A stretch of DNA of 64,000 bases from Mycobacterium kyogaense (GTDB lineage Bacteria; Actinomycetota; Actinomycetes; Mycobacteriales; Mycobacteriaceae), in assembly GCF_036946525.1 (NCBI RefSeq), contig NZ_JAQIIY010000019.1:45458-109457 (forward strand), written 5' to 3'. The notes beneath the pieces are model-generated. The model ran no database searches. It saw nothing but the letters and a program-made list of their open reading frames with translations, and was not told the origin of the DNA. Shown in pieces: positions 45,397 to 56,700 of the stretch. The position numbers and the translations under genes are program-made. How positions within the stretch are numbered: the first letter of the stretch is position 1; every line of letters starts with the position of its first letter.

Positions 45397-46778
45397 CCGA
45401 TTGCGGCGTCAGCGACGTCGAGCGCCCGGTCCAGGATGGCGACGCCTTCGCGGGCCAGGTCCTCGGTGACGATGCACGGCGGCACGACGTGGATGCGGTT
45501 GTAGTTGGCGAACGGCAGCATGCCGAGCTTCTTGCATTCGGCGATCACGGAATTCATTGCTGCGCTGGAACTTCCGTACGGAGCCAACGGTTCGCGGGTG
45601 TTCTGGTCGGAGACCAGTTCGACGGCCCAGAACACGCCGGTGCCGCGCACCTCACCGACACTGCGATGCCGCGCCGCGACGTCGCGCAGCGCCGGTCCCA
45701 GCACCTCGGTGCCGATACGGGCGGCGTTCTCGACGATGCCCTCCTCCGCCATCGCGGTGATGGTCGCCACCGCGGCGGCGGTCGCGAGCGGATGCCCGGA
45801 GTACGTGAGCCCGCCGGGGTAGGCGCGGTGGGCGAACGTCTCGGCGATGTGGGGGCTGATCGCGACTCCGCCCAGCGGCACGTAGCCGGAGTTGACGCCC
45901 TTGGCGAACGTCAGCAGGTCGGGCACGACGTCGGCATGGTCGATGGCGAACCACTTCCCGCTGCGGCCGAAGCCCGACATCACCTCGTCGGCGATGTAGA
46001 TGATGCCGTATTCGTCGCACAGTGCGCGGACGCCGGCGAGGTAGCCGGGCGGGGGCACCATGATGCCTGCGGTGCCCGGGATGGACTCGAGGATGATCGC
46101 GGCGATCGTCGACGGGCCTTCCATCCGGATGATGTCGCGCAGATGAGCGAGTGCCCGCTCGGATTCCTCCTCCTCGGTGGTGGCGTGGAACTGCGAGCGG
46201 TACAGGAAGGGCCCGAAGAAGTGCACGATGCCGGCGTTGCCGTGGTCGTTGGGCCAGCGGCGGGGGTCGCCGGTCAGGTTGATCGCGGTCTCGGTGCCGC
46301 CGTGGTACGAGCGGTAGCGGGAGAGCACCTTGTAGCGGCCGGTGTGCAGGCGGGCCATGCGCACGGCGTGCTCGACGGCGTCGGCGCCGCCGTTGGTGAA
46401 GAAGATCTTGTTCAGCTCACCCGGCGTGCGCTCGGCGACCAGACGGGCGGCCTCGGAGCGGGCGGCGTTGGCGTGCTGGGGCGCGACCGTGCACAGCTTG
46501 GCGGCCTGCTCGGCGATCGCGGCGACGACTTTCGGGTGCTGATGGCCGATGTTGGTGTTGACCAGCATCGAGGAGAAGTCCAGCAGGCGCTTGCCGTCGC
46601 CGTCCCAGACGTGGCAGCCCTCCGACGCGGTGATCGTCATCGGCGAGATCTCGGCCTGCGCCGACCACGAATGGAACACGTGGGCACGGTCGAGTTCGTA
46701 AGCGCGGGCGGCTTCGGCGCGGGCCTCGTCGGCGGTCAGGCCGTTGGGCAGGGTCGCGGTGTCGTCGGTCAGGGTCAT
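45393..46778 (-). CDS. class III (omega-type) PLP-dependent aminotransferase
   Basis: ...HQHPKVV...FTNGGADAVE...IADEVMSGFGRSG...TFAKGV (PLP Lys). Confidence 0.9.
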   Translation of the reverse strand: MTLTDDTATLPNGLTADEARAEAARAYELDRAHVFHSWSAQAEISPMTITASEGCHVWDGDGKRLLDFSSMLVNTNIGHQHPKVVAAIAEQAAKLCTVAPQHANAARSEAARLVAERTPGELNKIFFTNGGADAVEHAVRMARLHTGRYKVLSRYRSYHGGTETAINLTGDPRRWPNDHGNAGIVHFFGPFLYRSQFHATTEEEESERALAHLRDIIRMEGPSTIAAIILESIPGTAGIMVPPPGYLAGVRALCDEYGIIYIADEVMSGFGRSGKWFAIDHADVVPDLLTFAKGVNSGYVPLGGVAISPHIAETFAHRAYPGGLTYSGHPLATAAAVATITAMAEEGIVENAARIGTEVLGPALRDVAARHRSVGEVRGTGVFWAVELVSDQNTREPLAPYGSSSAAMNSVIAECKKLGMLPFANYNRIHVVPPCIVTEDLAREGVAILDRALDVADAAIG

Positions 46779-46870
46779 CGCAGTTCCTTCGTCGATGGAG
46801 ACGAGCGTCGAACGTGGGGCGTGTGCACGCTCATCAAGGAATTCTCGTGCATGAGGCCCACGCTCGGCGA

Positions 46871-48307
46871 CTAGGTCTCCGAGGCCTTCTCGAGCGCGGC
46901 CAGCGCGTCACCGCTGTAGACGGCCAGGCGCTGCAGGTGGGGCAACCGGTCGCGGCAGCCCACGAACCCGATGTTGAGGGTGTCGGCGTAGCTCTGCAGC
47001 GTGATATTCAGCGCCATGCCGTGGATCGGGATGGACACCGGGTAGGTGGCTTCCAGTCGGGACCCGTTGAACCACAACGGTTCCCGCGGACCCGGGACAT
47101 TGGAGACGCAGAGGTTGAAGGTGTAGGGCCACGGCGCCTTCACGCCGGTGAGTGCGCCCGCGATCTGCGTGCCCGCCGGCGCGAGCAGTGCCGCGCTGTA
47201 GGCGATGATCACCGCGGGCGACATGTTCTGAAGCTGCGCCTTGGCCGCCCCCGTTGCGGCGCTGATGACGTTGAGCCGCTCGACCGGGTCGGCGATGTCG
47301 GTGCCCATCGGGGCGAGGATCGCGCCGACGGCGTTGCCGCCGCCCTCGTCGCCCTTGGGCCGGACGTTGACGGGCAGGAACGCGATCAGCGAGCGGTCGG
47401 GCAACTCGTCGATCTCCGAGAGGAACTGGCGCAGACCGCCGCCGAGGATCGCGAGCGCGACGTCGTTGATCGTCGCGCCGTGCTGGGAGCTCAGCTTCTT
47501 GAGGCGGTCGAAGTCGTACTGCTGGGTCGCGAAGCGCCGATTACGGCTGATCCGTGCGTTCAAGATGCTGTGCGGCGCCGACGCCGACCCGGCGATCTGG
47601 GCGTACTCGCCGTCGCGGCGGATCTGCGTGTTCACCACCGCCGTCGTCAGATCGACCGCGGCGCTGACACCGCCGGTGACGGTGGCGCCGATCCCGCCGA
47701 TCGTCCGCAGCGCCGCGGTGAGCGGGTTGGCCGATGCTGCGCTCGATTCGGTGGCCTCCGGTCCCGGCGTGCGCCCCGGCATCGGCACGTTGAAGAACAT
47801 CCGGGTGTCCCGCGACTCCGGGTCGGTGGACAGGCTGCGCGCGAGCATGCGCATCGCGCTGTAGCCGTCGACCAGCGCATGGTGGATCTTCATGTAGAGC
47901 GCGAAACGGCCGCCTTCGAGGCCCTCGATGACGTGCAGCTCCCACGGCGGCCGAGTCAGGTCGAGGTGATTGCTGTGCAGCCGCGAGACCAGGACACCGA
48001 GCTCGCGTTCATCGCCGGGGCTGGCCAGAGCCGACCGACGCACGTGGTAGTCGAAGTCGAAGTCCTTGTCCTCGACCCAGCTGTGCAGCGGGCTGTACTG
48101 CAGCCTCGGGTGGGCGAGCTTGAGGTTCCACGGCCGCATCACCTCCTGGCGGCGGGCCTCGGCGATCATCTCGCGCAGGTACTCGACCGTCGCGTTCGGC
48201 GGCGGTGTGAACGGCAGCAGGCCGGCCACATGCATCTTCGAGCTGGGGGTTTCCCCGTAGATGAACAGCAGGTCCTGCAGGCCGAGCCTCTTGCTAGTCG
48301 CGCTCAC
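46871..48307 (-). CDS. wax ester synthase/diacylglycerol acyltransferase (WS/DGAT)
   Basis: Catalytic HHALVDGYS motif. Start set at GTG 48307 to avoid a 59-nt overlap with selO; the longest ORF starts at 48388. Confidence 0.9.
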   Translation of the reverse strand: MSATSKRLGLQDLLFIYGETPSSKMHVAGLLPFTPPPNATVEYLREMIAEARRQEVMRPWNLKLAHPRLQYSPLHSWVEDKDFDFDYHVRRSALASPGDERELGVLVSRLHSNHLDLTRPPWELHVIEGLEGGRFALYMKIHHALVDGYSAMRMLARSLSTDPESRDTRMFFNVPMPGRTPGPEATESSAASANPLTAALRTIGGIGATVTGGVSAAVDLTTAVVNTQIRRDGEYAQIAGSASAPHSILNARISRNRRFATQQYDFDRLKKLSSQHGATINDVALAILGGGLRQFLSEIDELPDRSLIAFLPVNVRPKGDEGGGNAVGAILAPMGTDIADPVERLNVISAATGAAKAQLQNMSPAVIIAYSAALLAPAGTQIAGALTGVKAPWPYTFNLCVSNVPGPREPLWFNGSRLEATYPVSIPIHGMALNITLQSYADTLNIGFVGCRDRLPHLQRLAVYSGDALAALEKASET

Positions 48308-48329
48308 CCCGTCACGGTACGCGGTGTGA

Positions 48330-49787
48330 TCAGGTCCCACAGAATGTTCGGAACGTGGCGGAGAACTCCTGCCGGCCCGGCTCCGCATAGCGTTCGAGAC
48401 CCGGTCGCACCTGGAAGGGGGAGCGCACCGCGGAGAGCAACGTGTCCACCGGACCGAGGTCCCCGTCGGTGGCCGCGGCGAGCGCCTCTTCCACCAGATG
48501 GTTGCGCGGGATGTAGACCGGATTCACCGCATCCATGGCCACCGGATCGGGTTCGAGAGCTCGCCATCGGCCCAGCCACGCGTCGAAGCCGGCGAGGTCG
48601 ACGAACTCGCCGCGCACCGGCTCGGCGTCACCGCGGGCCGCCTCGGCCAGCCGCCGGTAGAACGACGTGTGGTCCACGCCGTTGGCCTGCAGCACGACCA
48701 GCAGGTCCCGGCCCAGCGCATCAGCCTGTTCGGGCGGGGCGCCGGCGAGCCCCAGTTTCGCGCGCATGCCCTCGTCCCAACGGCTCTGGTAGCGATCGCG
48801 GAACCGACCCAGTGACCCCTCGGCCATGCTGATGGCGCGGTCGGTGTCCTCGTCGAGCAGCGGCAGCAGCGCCTCGGCGAAGCGCGCCAGGTTCCACAGC
48901 GCGATGCCCGGCTGATTGCCGTAGGCGTAGCGGCCCCCGTGGTCGATCGAGCTGAACACCGTTTCCGGATCGAAGGCCTCCATGAACGCGCACGGGCCGT
49001 AGTCGATGGTCTCGCCCGAGATCGTCATGTTGTCGGTGTTCATCACACCGTGGATGAAGCCGACCAGCATCCACTGCGCCACCAGGTCGGCCTGGACGTC
49101 CATGACCGCCTCGAGCAGCGCGTGGTGCGGCTGGGCGGCCTGCGCACAGCTGGGATGGTGCCGCGCGATCGCGTAGTCGGCGAGCCGGCGCAGCACACCG
49201 ACGTCCTTGGTCTGCTGGGCGACCAGTGATGCGTACTGGAAGCTGCCGACGCGCAGGTGGCTGGCGGCGACCCGGGCCAGGACGGCACCGGGCAGCTCGG
49301 TCTCCCGGTACACCGACCGGCCGGTGGCGACCACCGACAGCGAGCGGGTGGTGGGGATGCCGAGCGCGTGCATCGCCTCGCTGATCACGTACTCGCGCAT
49401 CATCGGCCCGACCGCTGCCAGGCCGTCGCCGCCGCGGGCGAACGGGGTGCGTCCGGACCCCTTCAGGTGTAGGTCGCGGACCCGTCCGGCGGTGTCGAGA
49501 AGTTCCCCGAGCAGCAGGGCGCGCCCGTCACCGAGCCGGGGGACGAAGCCGCCGAACTGGTGGCCGGCGTAGGCCTGGGCCACCGGGGTGGCCTCGGCCG
49601 GAACTGCGACCCCGGCGAGCAGACGCACTCCGTCGGGGCTGCGCAGCCACGCCGGGTCCAGGCCGAGCTCGGCGGCCAAGGCCTCGTTCAGAACGAGCAG
49701 CGTCGGGTCCGGTGCATCCTCGGCCTGCCATCGCAGCGCGAGCTCGGGAAGCTCGCGGACGAACGTGTCGTGCAGCGCGATGCTCAT
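48330..49787 (-). CDS. selO: protein adenylyltransferase SelO (YdiU/UPF0061)
   Basis: ...[20 protein letters not shown]...HLKGSG.TPF.R.GDG.A... GVMNTDNM. Confidence 0.9.
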   Translation of the reverse strand: MSIALHDTFVRELPELALRWQAEDAPDPTLLVLNEALAAELGLDPAWLRSPDGVRLLAGVAVPAEATPVAQAYAGHQFGGFVPRLGDGRALLLGELLDTAGRVRDLHLKGSGRTPFARGGDGLAAVGPMMREYVISEAMHALGIPTTRSLSVVATGRSVYRETELPGAVLARVAASHLRVGSFQYASLVAQQTKDVGVLRRLADYAIARHHPSCAQAAQPHHALLEAVMDVQADLVAQWMLVGFIHGVMNTDNMTISGETIDYGPCAFMEAFDPETVFSSIDHGGRYAYGNQPGIALWNLARFAEALLPLLDEDTDRAISMAEGSLGRFRDRYQSRWDEGMRAKLGLAGAPPEQADALGRDLLVVLQANGVDHTSFYRRLAEAARGDAEPVRGEFVDLAGFDAWLGRWRALEPDPVAMDAVNPVYIPRNHLVEEALAAATDGDLGPVDTLLSAVRSPFQVRPGLERYAEPGRQEFSATFRTFCGT

Positions 49788-49797
49788 GGTTCCCAGC

Positions 49798-50958
49798 CTA
49801 CGGAGACGCCTCGATGAGCGCGATGGCGTCGACGTCGTCCTTGACGGGGATCCGGCGGTTGCTCTCCTCGACCACGAGCGCGCCGTCGGGGTCGTCGTAG
49901 CCGTCGCTGTGCGGCAGGATCAATGCCCGCTGCCCCGGCGCCAACTCGGTGGTCTGCAACGCCGACGTCGGCGGGGTGACCTGGGCGATGTGGTCTCCGG
50001 TCAGCTGCCAGACCACGGGCGGTGCCGCGTCCGCTTGACCGCAGCGCCACGTCGTCAGGCTCAGCTTCGGCGGGCCTTCCCGCGGCCACCACAGCTTGGT
50101 GATGCGGAAGCCGGCGGCCGGGTCGGCCGCGGTCACGTCGAATGTCTGCTGGTTGCCGTCCGCGTCGGACTGCACGACGGCCGCGGTGCCGCATGCGGTG
50201 TCGGTCGCGCGGTAGAGCGCGTAGGCCAATGAACCCCCGTCGGGCGACAGACGGGCGATCGAGACCGGGCTGTTGGCGTCGACCTGCCCCAGCGAGGTCG
50301 GGGGGCCGGGGCCGCGGACCGCGTACAGGGTGTCCGGGCCACCGAACGGGGACGGCGTCGCTTCGACGCGGGCCACCACCGCGGTCCCGCCGCGCGCCAC
50401 GATCAGTCGCGCCTCGCCCGCGCCGGGCGCAGGCGGGAGGTCGACAGTCTGCAACAGTCGCGGTGCCGCGTCGGGGGCGGACAGGTCGAGGCTCATCAGC
50501 CGGTTCGGCTGCTCCCACCACACGATCGTGGCGCCCCCCGCGGTGCCGAGCGTCGGCCCCACCGGGATCTGCCGGACACTGCCGCGCCTGTTCTGCACGT
50601 CGATCGTGGCCAGGTGGTTGTCCACGGTGCGGGCGAAGACGAACCTGCCGTCTTCGGTGGTGATCAGGTCGTTGCTGGGGGTGAAGGCCCCCGCCACCGT
50701 CGCGATCTTGGTGGTGCCGTCGACGACGCCGAGCTCGTCGGCGGCGCGGTAGGCCAGCAGCGGGCCCGTCGGCGCGGCCGGAGTCGTCGTCGGATCGAAG
50801 GGGGAGGTGACTCTCGGCGCCGACGATCCCGCGCTACTCGATGACGCAGAACCGGACGAAGAACCGGGCGGCGACTGCAGGCCGCTGCACGCCGCGACCA
50901 GGACGGCCAGCAGGGCGAACAGTGCGGTGGTCAGGGTGAAACGGAACGAATTTCTCAT
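49798..50958 (-). CDS. lipoprotein of unknown function (beta-rich, possibly propeller-like)
   Basis: Lipobox LLAVLVAAC, Ser-rich linker, 386 aa. Only 10 nt upstream of selO. Confidence 0.75.
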   Translation of the reverse strand: MRNSFRFTLTTALFALLAVLVAACSGLQSPPGSSSGSASSSSAGSSAPRVTSPFDPTTTPAAPTGPLLAYRAADELGVVDGTTKIATVAGAFTPSNDLITTEDGRFVFARTVDNHLATIDVQNRRGSVRQIPVGPTLGTAGGATIVWWEQPNRLMSLDLSAPDAAPRLLQTVDLPPAPGAGEARLIVARGGTAVVARVEATPSPFGGPDTLYAVRGPGPPTSLGQVDANSPVSIARLSPDGGSLAYALYRATDTACGTAAVVQSDADGNQQTFDVTAADPAAGFRITKLWWPREGPPKLSLTTWRCGQADAAPPVVWQLTGDHIAQVTPPTSALQTTELAPGQRALILPHSDGYDDPDGALVVEESNRRIPVKDDVDAIALIEASP

Positions 50959-51137
50959 AGGGGATCGCTCTCCATGGTGGCCGAAGATCGGGCGGCCGGA
51001 CGGAGCGGGTGCCCGCGGGACGGGTCCGCGACGCGCCCCGGACCGTCGCGCTCGGTATGGTGATTGCTCGCCGGCGACGGGGGAATCGTGGGCTGACGAG
51101 CATCGTCGGCCGGGCAGCCGGACTGTCAGAACCTCAG

Positions 51138-52046
51138 ATGTGGAGCAACGCTGTGAGCCTGAACACCATCGCTTTGGAGCTGGTGCCGCCGAACGTCGAT
51201 CGGGGGCGCGAGCAGGCTCTCTCCGACGCCGAGAAGGTGCTGCGCTGTTCGGCCGAAGCGGGCATCGGCGGTCGGGTTCGGCACGTGATGATCCCGGGCA
51301 TGATCGAGGAGGACGACGACCGTCCCCTGGAGATGAAGCCCAAGCTCGACGTGCTCGAGTTCTGGTCGATGATCAAGCCCGAACTGCCCGAGGTGCGCGG
51401 GTTGTGCACCCAGGTCACCGCGTTCATGGACGAGCCGACGCTGCGCGGCCGGTTGACCGAGCTGAGTGACAGCGGGTTCGACGGCATCGCGTTCGTCGGG
51501 GTGCCGCGCACGTTGAGCGACGGCGAAGGTTCGGGCGTGGCGCCCACGGATGCGTTGACGATGTTCGACGAGGTCGTCGACAACCGCGGCGTCATCCTCA
51601 TCCCGACCCGTGAGGGCGAGCAGGGCCGGTTCAGCTTCAAGTGCGGTCGCGGCGCCACCTACGGCATGACGCAGCTGCTGTACTCCGACACGATCGTCGA
51701 CTTCCTCACCGAGTTCGCCGCCACCAACGAGTACCGGCCGGAGATCCTGCTGTCCTTCGGGTTCGTGCCTGCGGTGGAGAACAAGGTCGGCTTGATCAAC
51801 TGGCTGATCCAGGACCCGGGCAACGCCGCGGTCGCCGCCGAGCAGGACTTCGTCAAGCAGCTGGCCGGCGCCGAGCCGGTGGAGCGGCGCAAGCTGATGG
51901 TCGACCTGTACAAGCGCGTGATCGACGGGGTCGGCGAGCTGGGCTTTCCGCTCAGCGTGCACTTCGAGGCCACCTACGGCGTCAACACCCCGGCGTTCGA
52001 GACGTTCGCGGAGATGTTGGCTTTCTGGGCTCCCGACACCGATTAG
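51138..52046 (+). CDS. non-canonical methylenetetrahydrofolate reductase-like protein (Rv2172c-like by recollection)
   Basis: ...LNTIALELVPPN...HVMIPGMIEEDDDRP...GIAFVGVPR...ATYGMTQLLYSD. Alternative start at GTG 51153. Confidence 0.65.
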   Translation: MWSNAVSLNTIALELVPPNVDRGREQALSDAEKVLRCSAEAGIGGRVRHVMIPGMIEEDDDRPLEMKPKLDVLEFWSMIKPELPEVRGLCTQVTAFMDEPTLRGRLTELSDSGFDGIAFVGVPRTLSDGEGSGVAPTDALTMFDEVVDNRGVILIPTREGEQGRFSFKCGRGATYGMTQLLYSDTIVDFLTEFAATNEYRPEILLSFGFVPAVENKVGLINWLIQDPGNAAVAAEQDFVKQLAGAEPVERRKLMVDLYKRVIDGVGELGFPLSVHFEATYGVNTPAFETFAEMLAFWAPDTD

Positions 52047-52585
52047 CCCAGCGGCTGGCCGTAGATCGGTTCGTGCGGATTACCGGGCTCTTCGATGACC
52101 GGCACCGGGTACAGCGGAAGATCGTCCGGCAGTGTCGATTCGGGTTGCGGCGAGGTCGACGGTGGGGTGCCGGACGGGCTCTCGGCGGCAGGTAGTGCTG
52201 CGATTCCGGCTCCGGCCGCCACCCCGGGTGTCGGGGTCCCCGGTGGCTCGAGACCGGCGGAGATCCCGTAGCGGCTGTTCGACGTGACAAGGGGGCCGTC
52301 GTCCTGGGGTGCGTTGCCGCGGCTGCTGCCGGGCAGCCCCTCGGCCTGTGACGGGCCGTCGACGGTCGCGGTGATGCGCACGCCGCGTGAATCGGTCAAA
52401 GGGGGCGGCTCGACCGCGATGACGTTGTAGGGGTAGTCGAAGCTGCCCGGCTCGACGTCGGGGGCCAGCGGCACCCACGGCGGCGGATCCGGCAGGTCGG
52501 GTTGAGCGGCCGCCGGCATGCAGGTGGCGACAGCGGCGGCGCTGATCGCCAGGCCCATGAGGACCACGGAAGCCACCCGCCGCAT
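52043..52585 (-). CDS. secreted proline-rich protein
   Basis: Signal peptide MRRVASVVLMGLAISAAAVA..., Pro-rich mature part. AGGAG RBS overlaps the stop of the upstream porin gene. Confidence 0.65.
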   Translation of the reverse strand: MRRVASVVLMGLAISAAAVATCMPAAAQPDLPDPPPWVPLAPDVEPGSFDYPYNVIAVEPPPLTDSRGVRITATVDGPSQAEGLPGSSRGNAPQDDGPLVTSNSRYGISAGLEPPGTPTPGVAAGAGIAALPAAESPSGTPPSTSPQPESTLPDDLPLYPVPVIEEPGNPHEPIYGQPLG

Positions 52586-52595
52586 CTGAAGACTC

Positions 52596-53258
52596 CTAGA
52601 TCTTGATCGGATCGCCGTAGACCGCGAACTGCGTGTGGGCCACGTCGGTGGAGACGCGCAGGTACGCATACGACCGCACGGTCACGTCGCCGCCGCACGC
52701 ATCGGCCTTGATGTGGATGTTGTCGATGTCGATCATCGCCCGGCCGTCCTGGCTGAGCGTCATGTTCGACAGTGGAAGGTCGACGATCACGCCGGGCTGC
52801 AGGACGGTCTGCACGAAGCCCGCGACTCCACCGGTGCCGCCCACCGACACACCGGAGCCACCGCCGACGCCGACCGTGCCCTGGGGCGCCACCCCGGCTG
52901 TGCCGCCGTACTGCAGACCGGCGGACACGTCGGATTGGCAGCCCAGCTGGTAGCCCAGGATGAAGATGCTGTCAGTGATCGGGCTGGACCCGCCGACTGC
53001 GGTCGCGGTCGCCGATGCGGTGACGAAGCCCTCCCGGGAGTCGTTGGCATTGGCCAGGTTGGGCACCGAGTTGACCACTTCGTTGTCGATCCGGATGGTG
53101 AGATGCCAGCCGTCACGGGACACCTTGTCGTAGCTCTGCGGGCGCATGGCCACCGGTTCTGCGCCGGCCAATCCGCCGCTCGCCGCCACCAACGCCGTCA
53201 CAGCAGCAAAGACCCTCCCCGCACCCCACAGCACGCGTGTAGCTAAGCAGACCGGCAC
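52596..53258 (-). CDS. MspA-family porin, divergent member
   Basis: Signal peptide. ...SREGFVTASATATAVGG....FILGYQLG... parallels MspA ...TREWFHSGRAKYIVAGP...LELGYQIG. C-terminal ...FAVYGDPIKI versus ...TTYGEPWNMN. Confidence 0.7.
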   Translation of the reverse strand: MPVCLATRVLWGAGRVFAAVTALVAASGGLAGAEPVAMRPQSYDKVSRDGWHLTIRIDNEVVNSVPNLANANDSREGFVTASATATAVGGSSPITDSIFILGYQLGCQSDVSAGLQYGGTAGVAPQGTVGVGGGSGVSVGGTGGVAGFVQTVLQPGVIVDLPLSNMTLSQDGRAMIDIDNIHIKADACGGDVTVRSYAYLRVSTDVAHTQFAVYGDPIKI

Positions 53259-53309
53259 GGGGTGTGCGCGCTCAGCGCCGTCCGCGGCCGGCGTGTCAGA
53301 GTGGACGCC

Positions 53310-53708
53310 ATGACTTCCGGGCAGACCTCAGATCCTCCGGTCGGCACCCTGGGCGCGACGTCGATCGATTGCCCGAACCCGGGCGAGCTGGCCGACTTCT
53401 ATGCCGCGCTGCTCGGCATGCGGCGACTGGTGGAGACCCCCGACGGCGGCGTCGTCGCGATCACCGACGGTGCCGCGATCCTCGCGCTGATGCGTGTCGA
53501 TGACTACCGAGCTCCGACGTGGCCGAATCCCGACGTCCCGACCCAGGTCCATCTGGATGTTTCGGTCACCGATGTCGACACGGCGGTGGCGGCCGCCGAG
53601 CGGCTCGGCGCACGCCAGGCCGACGTGCAGCCGCAGCCGACGCTGTGGCGGGTGATGCTGGATCCGGTCGGACATCCGTTCTGCCTGACCACGGTGACCG
53701 CCGGCTGA
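53310..53708 (+). CDS. VOC (glyoxalase/bleomycin-resistance) family protein
   Basis: ...LADFYAALLGM......HLDV.V.DVD.A......GA........W.VM.DP.GHPFCL. Confidence 0.8.
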   Translation: MTSGQTSDPPVGTLGATSIDCPNPGELADFYAALLGMRRLVETPDGGVVAITDGAAILALMRVDDYRAPTWPNPDVPTQVHLDVSVTDVDTAVAAAERLGARQADVQPQPTLWRVMLDPVGHPFCLTTVTAG

Positions 53709-53709
53709 A

Positions 53710-56700
53710 ATGCCCGAACCGAGCACGGAGCAGGTGCGTGCGCTGCGCGCACGGCTGGACGGTCTGACGCTGCGGGACGCGTCGCGGCTGGGCCGGAAGC
53801 TGCGCCAGCTCAGATCCCCCGAGCCAGCCCAGCTCGACCGCCTGACCGCGCAGATCACAACCGCCGAGGCGCTGGTCGCCACGCGCCTCGCCGCGGTTCC
53901 CGCGATCAGCTACCCGGATCTGCCGGTCAGCGAGCGCCGCGACGACATCGCTGCGGCCATCGCCGCGAACCAGGTCGTGATCGTCGCCGGAGAGACCGGC
54001 TCGGGCAAGACCACGCAGCTGCCCAAGATCTGCCTGGAGCTGGGCCGGGGCATCCGCGGCACCATCGGCCACACGCAGCCGCGTCGGCTCGCCGCGCGCA
54101 CCGTCGGACAGCGCATCGCCGACGAACTGGGCACCCCGCTGGGCGAGGCGGTCGGTTACACCGTGCGCTTCACCGATCAGGCCAGTGACCGGACGCTGGT
54201 GAAGTTGATGACCGACGGCATCCTGCTGGCCGACATCCAGCGGGACCGCCGCCTGCTGCGCTACGACACCCTGATCATCGACGAAGCGCACGAACGCAGC
54301 CTCAACATCGACTTCCTGCTCGGCTACCTGCGTCAGCTGCTGCCGCGCCGCCCCGACCTCAAGGTGATCGTCACGTCGGCGACCATCGAGCCCGAACGCT
54401 TCGCCCGGCACTTCGGGGGCGCCCCCATCGTGGAAGTCAGCGGGCGCACCTATCCCGTCGAGATCCGTTATCGCCCACTGGAAGTGCCGGTCGTCGCCGA
54501 CGGAGACGATCCGGACGACCCCGACCACGAGGTGGTCCGCACCGAGGTTCGCGATCCCACCGAGGCGATCGTCGACGCCGTCGCCGAGCTCGCGAGCGAG
54601 CCGCCGGGCGACGTGCTGGTGTTCCTGTCCGGTGAACGCGAAATCCGCGACACCGCAGAGGCATTGCGTGCCGACCTCGGCGACCGGGCCGAGATCCTGC
54701 CGCTGTATGCCCGCCTGCCCACCGCGGAGCAGCAGAAGGTGTTCAGCCCGAGCCGCGCCCGCCGGCGGGTGGTGCTGGCCACCAACGTCGCCGAGACATC
54801 GCTGACGGTGCCCGGTATCCGCTACGTCGTCGACCCCGGGACCGCGCGGATCTCGCGGTACAGCCGGCGCACCAAGGTGCAGCGGCTGCCGATCGAGCCG
54901 ATCTCCCAGGCGTCCGCTGCGCAGCGAGCCGGCCGGTCGGGTCGCACCGCACCGGGTGTGTGCATCCGCCTCTACTCCGAGCAGGACTTCGAATCACGGC
55001 CCCGCTACACCGATCCCGAGATCCTGCGCACCAACCTCGCCGCGGTCATCCTGCAGATGGCTGCCCTGGGTTTCGGAGACATCGAGGGCTTCGGGTTCCT
55101 GGACCCACCCGATGCCCGCAGCATCCGCGACGGCATCGCCCTGCTCACCGAACTGGGTGCGTTCACCGATGGTGAACTGACGCCGCTGGGCCGCCGGCTC
55201 GCACAGATCCCGGTCGATCCCCGGCTGGGACGCATGATCCTGCAGGCCGACACCGAGGGCTGTGTGCGGGAGATGCTGGTGCTCGCCGCGGCGCTGTCCA
55301 TCCCGGATCCTCGCGAGCGCCCCACGGACAAAGAGGAGGCGGCCCGGCAGAAGCACGCGCGGTTCGCCGACGAGCACTCCGACTTCGTGTCGTTCCTGAA
55401 CCTGTGGCGATACCTGGGTGAGCAGCGAAAGGAGCGGTCCGGCAGTTCTTTCCGCCGGATGTGCCGTGAGGAGTTCCTGCACTACCTGCGCATCCGGGAG
55501 TGGCAGGACCTGGTCGGTCAGCTGCGCGGCATCTGCCGTGATCTGGGCATCACCGAATCCGACGAGCCGGCCGACGTGGCTCGGGTGCACACGGCACTGA
55601 TCGCGGGCCTGCTGTCGCACATCGGGATGCGGGACGACGCGAAAGGCCGGGAGTCTCGAGAGTTCCTCGGCGCGCGCAACGCCAGGTTCGTGCTGGCGCC
55701 CGGCTCCGTACTGACCCGCCGACCGCCGCGCTGGGTGGTGGTGGCCGATTTGGTGGAGACCAGCCGGCTCTACGGGCGGATCGCGGCCCGCATCGATCCC
55801 GAGGCCGTCGAACGGGTGGCGGGTCACGTGGTGGTGCGCACGCACAGTGAGCCGCATTGGGACGCCGAGCGCGGCGCGGTGATGGCGTACGAGAAGGTCA
55901 CGCTGTACGGGCTGCCGCTGGTGGCGCGGCGGCGGGTGGGGTACGCACAGATCGATCCGCCGGTGGCGCGCGACCTGTTCATCCGGCACGCTCTGGTCGA
56001 TCAGGATTGGCGCACCAAACACCACTTCTTCGCCGACAATGCCCGTCTGAGAACAGAACTCGCGGACCTGGAGGAGCGCGTGCGCCGCCGCGACCTGGTG
56101 GTCGACGACGACGAGGTCTTCGCGTTCTACGACGCCCGGATTCCCGCCGACGTGGTGTCGGCGCGGCACTTCGACGGGTGGTGGCGCAAGCAGCGGCACC
56201 GCACGCCCGACCTACTGACGATGACTCGAGATGATCTGCTGCGCAACGACTCCGGCGACGCGCAGCCTGACGCGTGGCAGGCCGAGGACGTCGCACTGCC
56301 TCTGTCCTACCGGTACGAACCGGGCGCCACCGACGACGGTGTCACCGTTCACGTACCCGTCGACGTGCTGGCCCGGCTCGGCGGTGACGACTTCGCCTGG
56401 CAGGTGCCCGCTCTGCGCGAGGAACTGGTGACCGCGCTGATCCGTTCGTTGCCCAAGGATCTGCGGCGCAATTTCGTGCCCGCACCGGACACCGCTCGCG
56501 CGGTGCTGTCGGCGATCACCCCGCAGGATGGTCCACTGCTCGATGCGCTGCAGCGGGAATTGCGCAGGCGCACCGGCATTCTCGTTCCCACAGACGCCTT
56601 CGACCTGGACAAGATCCCGCCCCACCTGAAGGTGACGTTCGCGGTCGAGGCGACCGACGGCAAGGTCGTCGCGCGCGGCAAGGACCTCACCGAACTGCAG

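Noticed and set aside
50959-51137. Structured-looking leader upstream of the MTHFR-like gene (TGCTCG...CGAGCA and CCGG-gcag-CCGG stems); considered a SAM/folate-type riboswitch
   Set aside because: I could not match it to any riboswitch consensus I know (for example SAM-IV). GC-rich DNA forms such stems by chance. A covariance-model scan (Rfam/Infernal) is needed.
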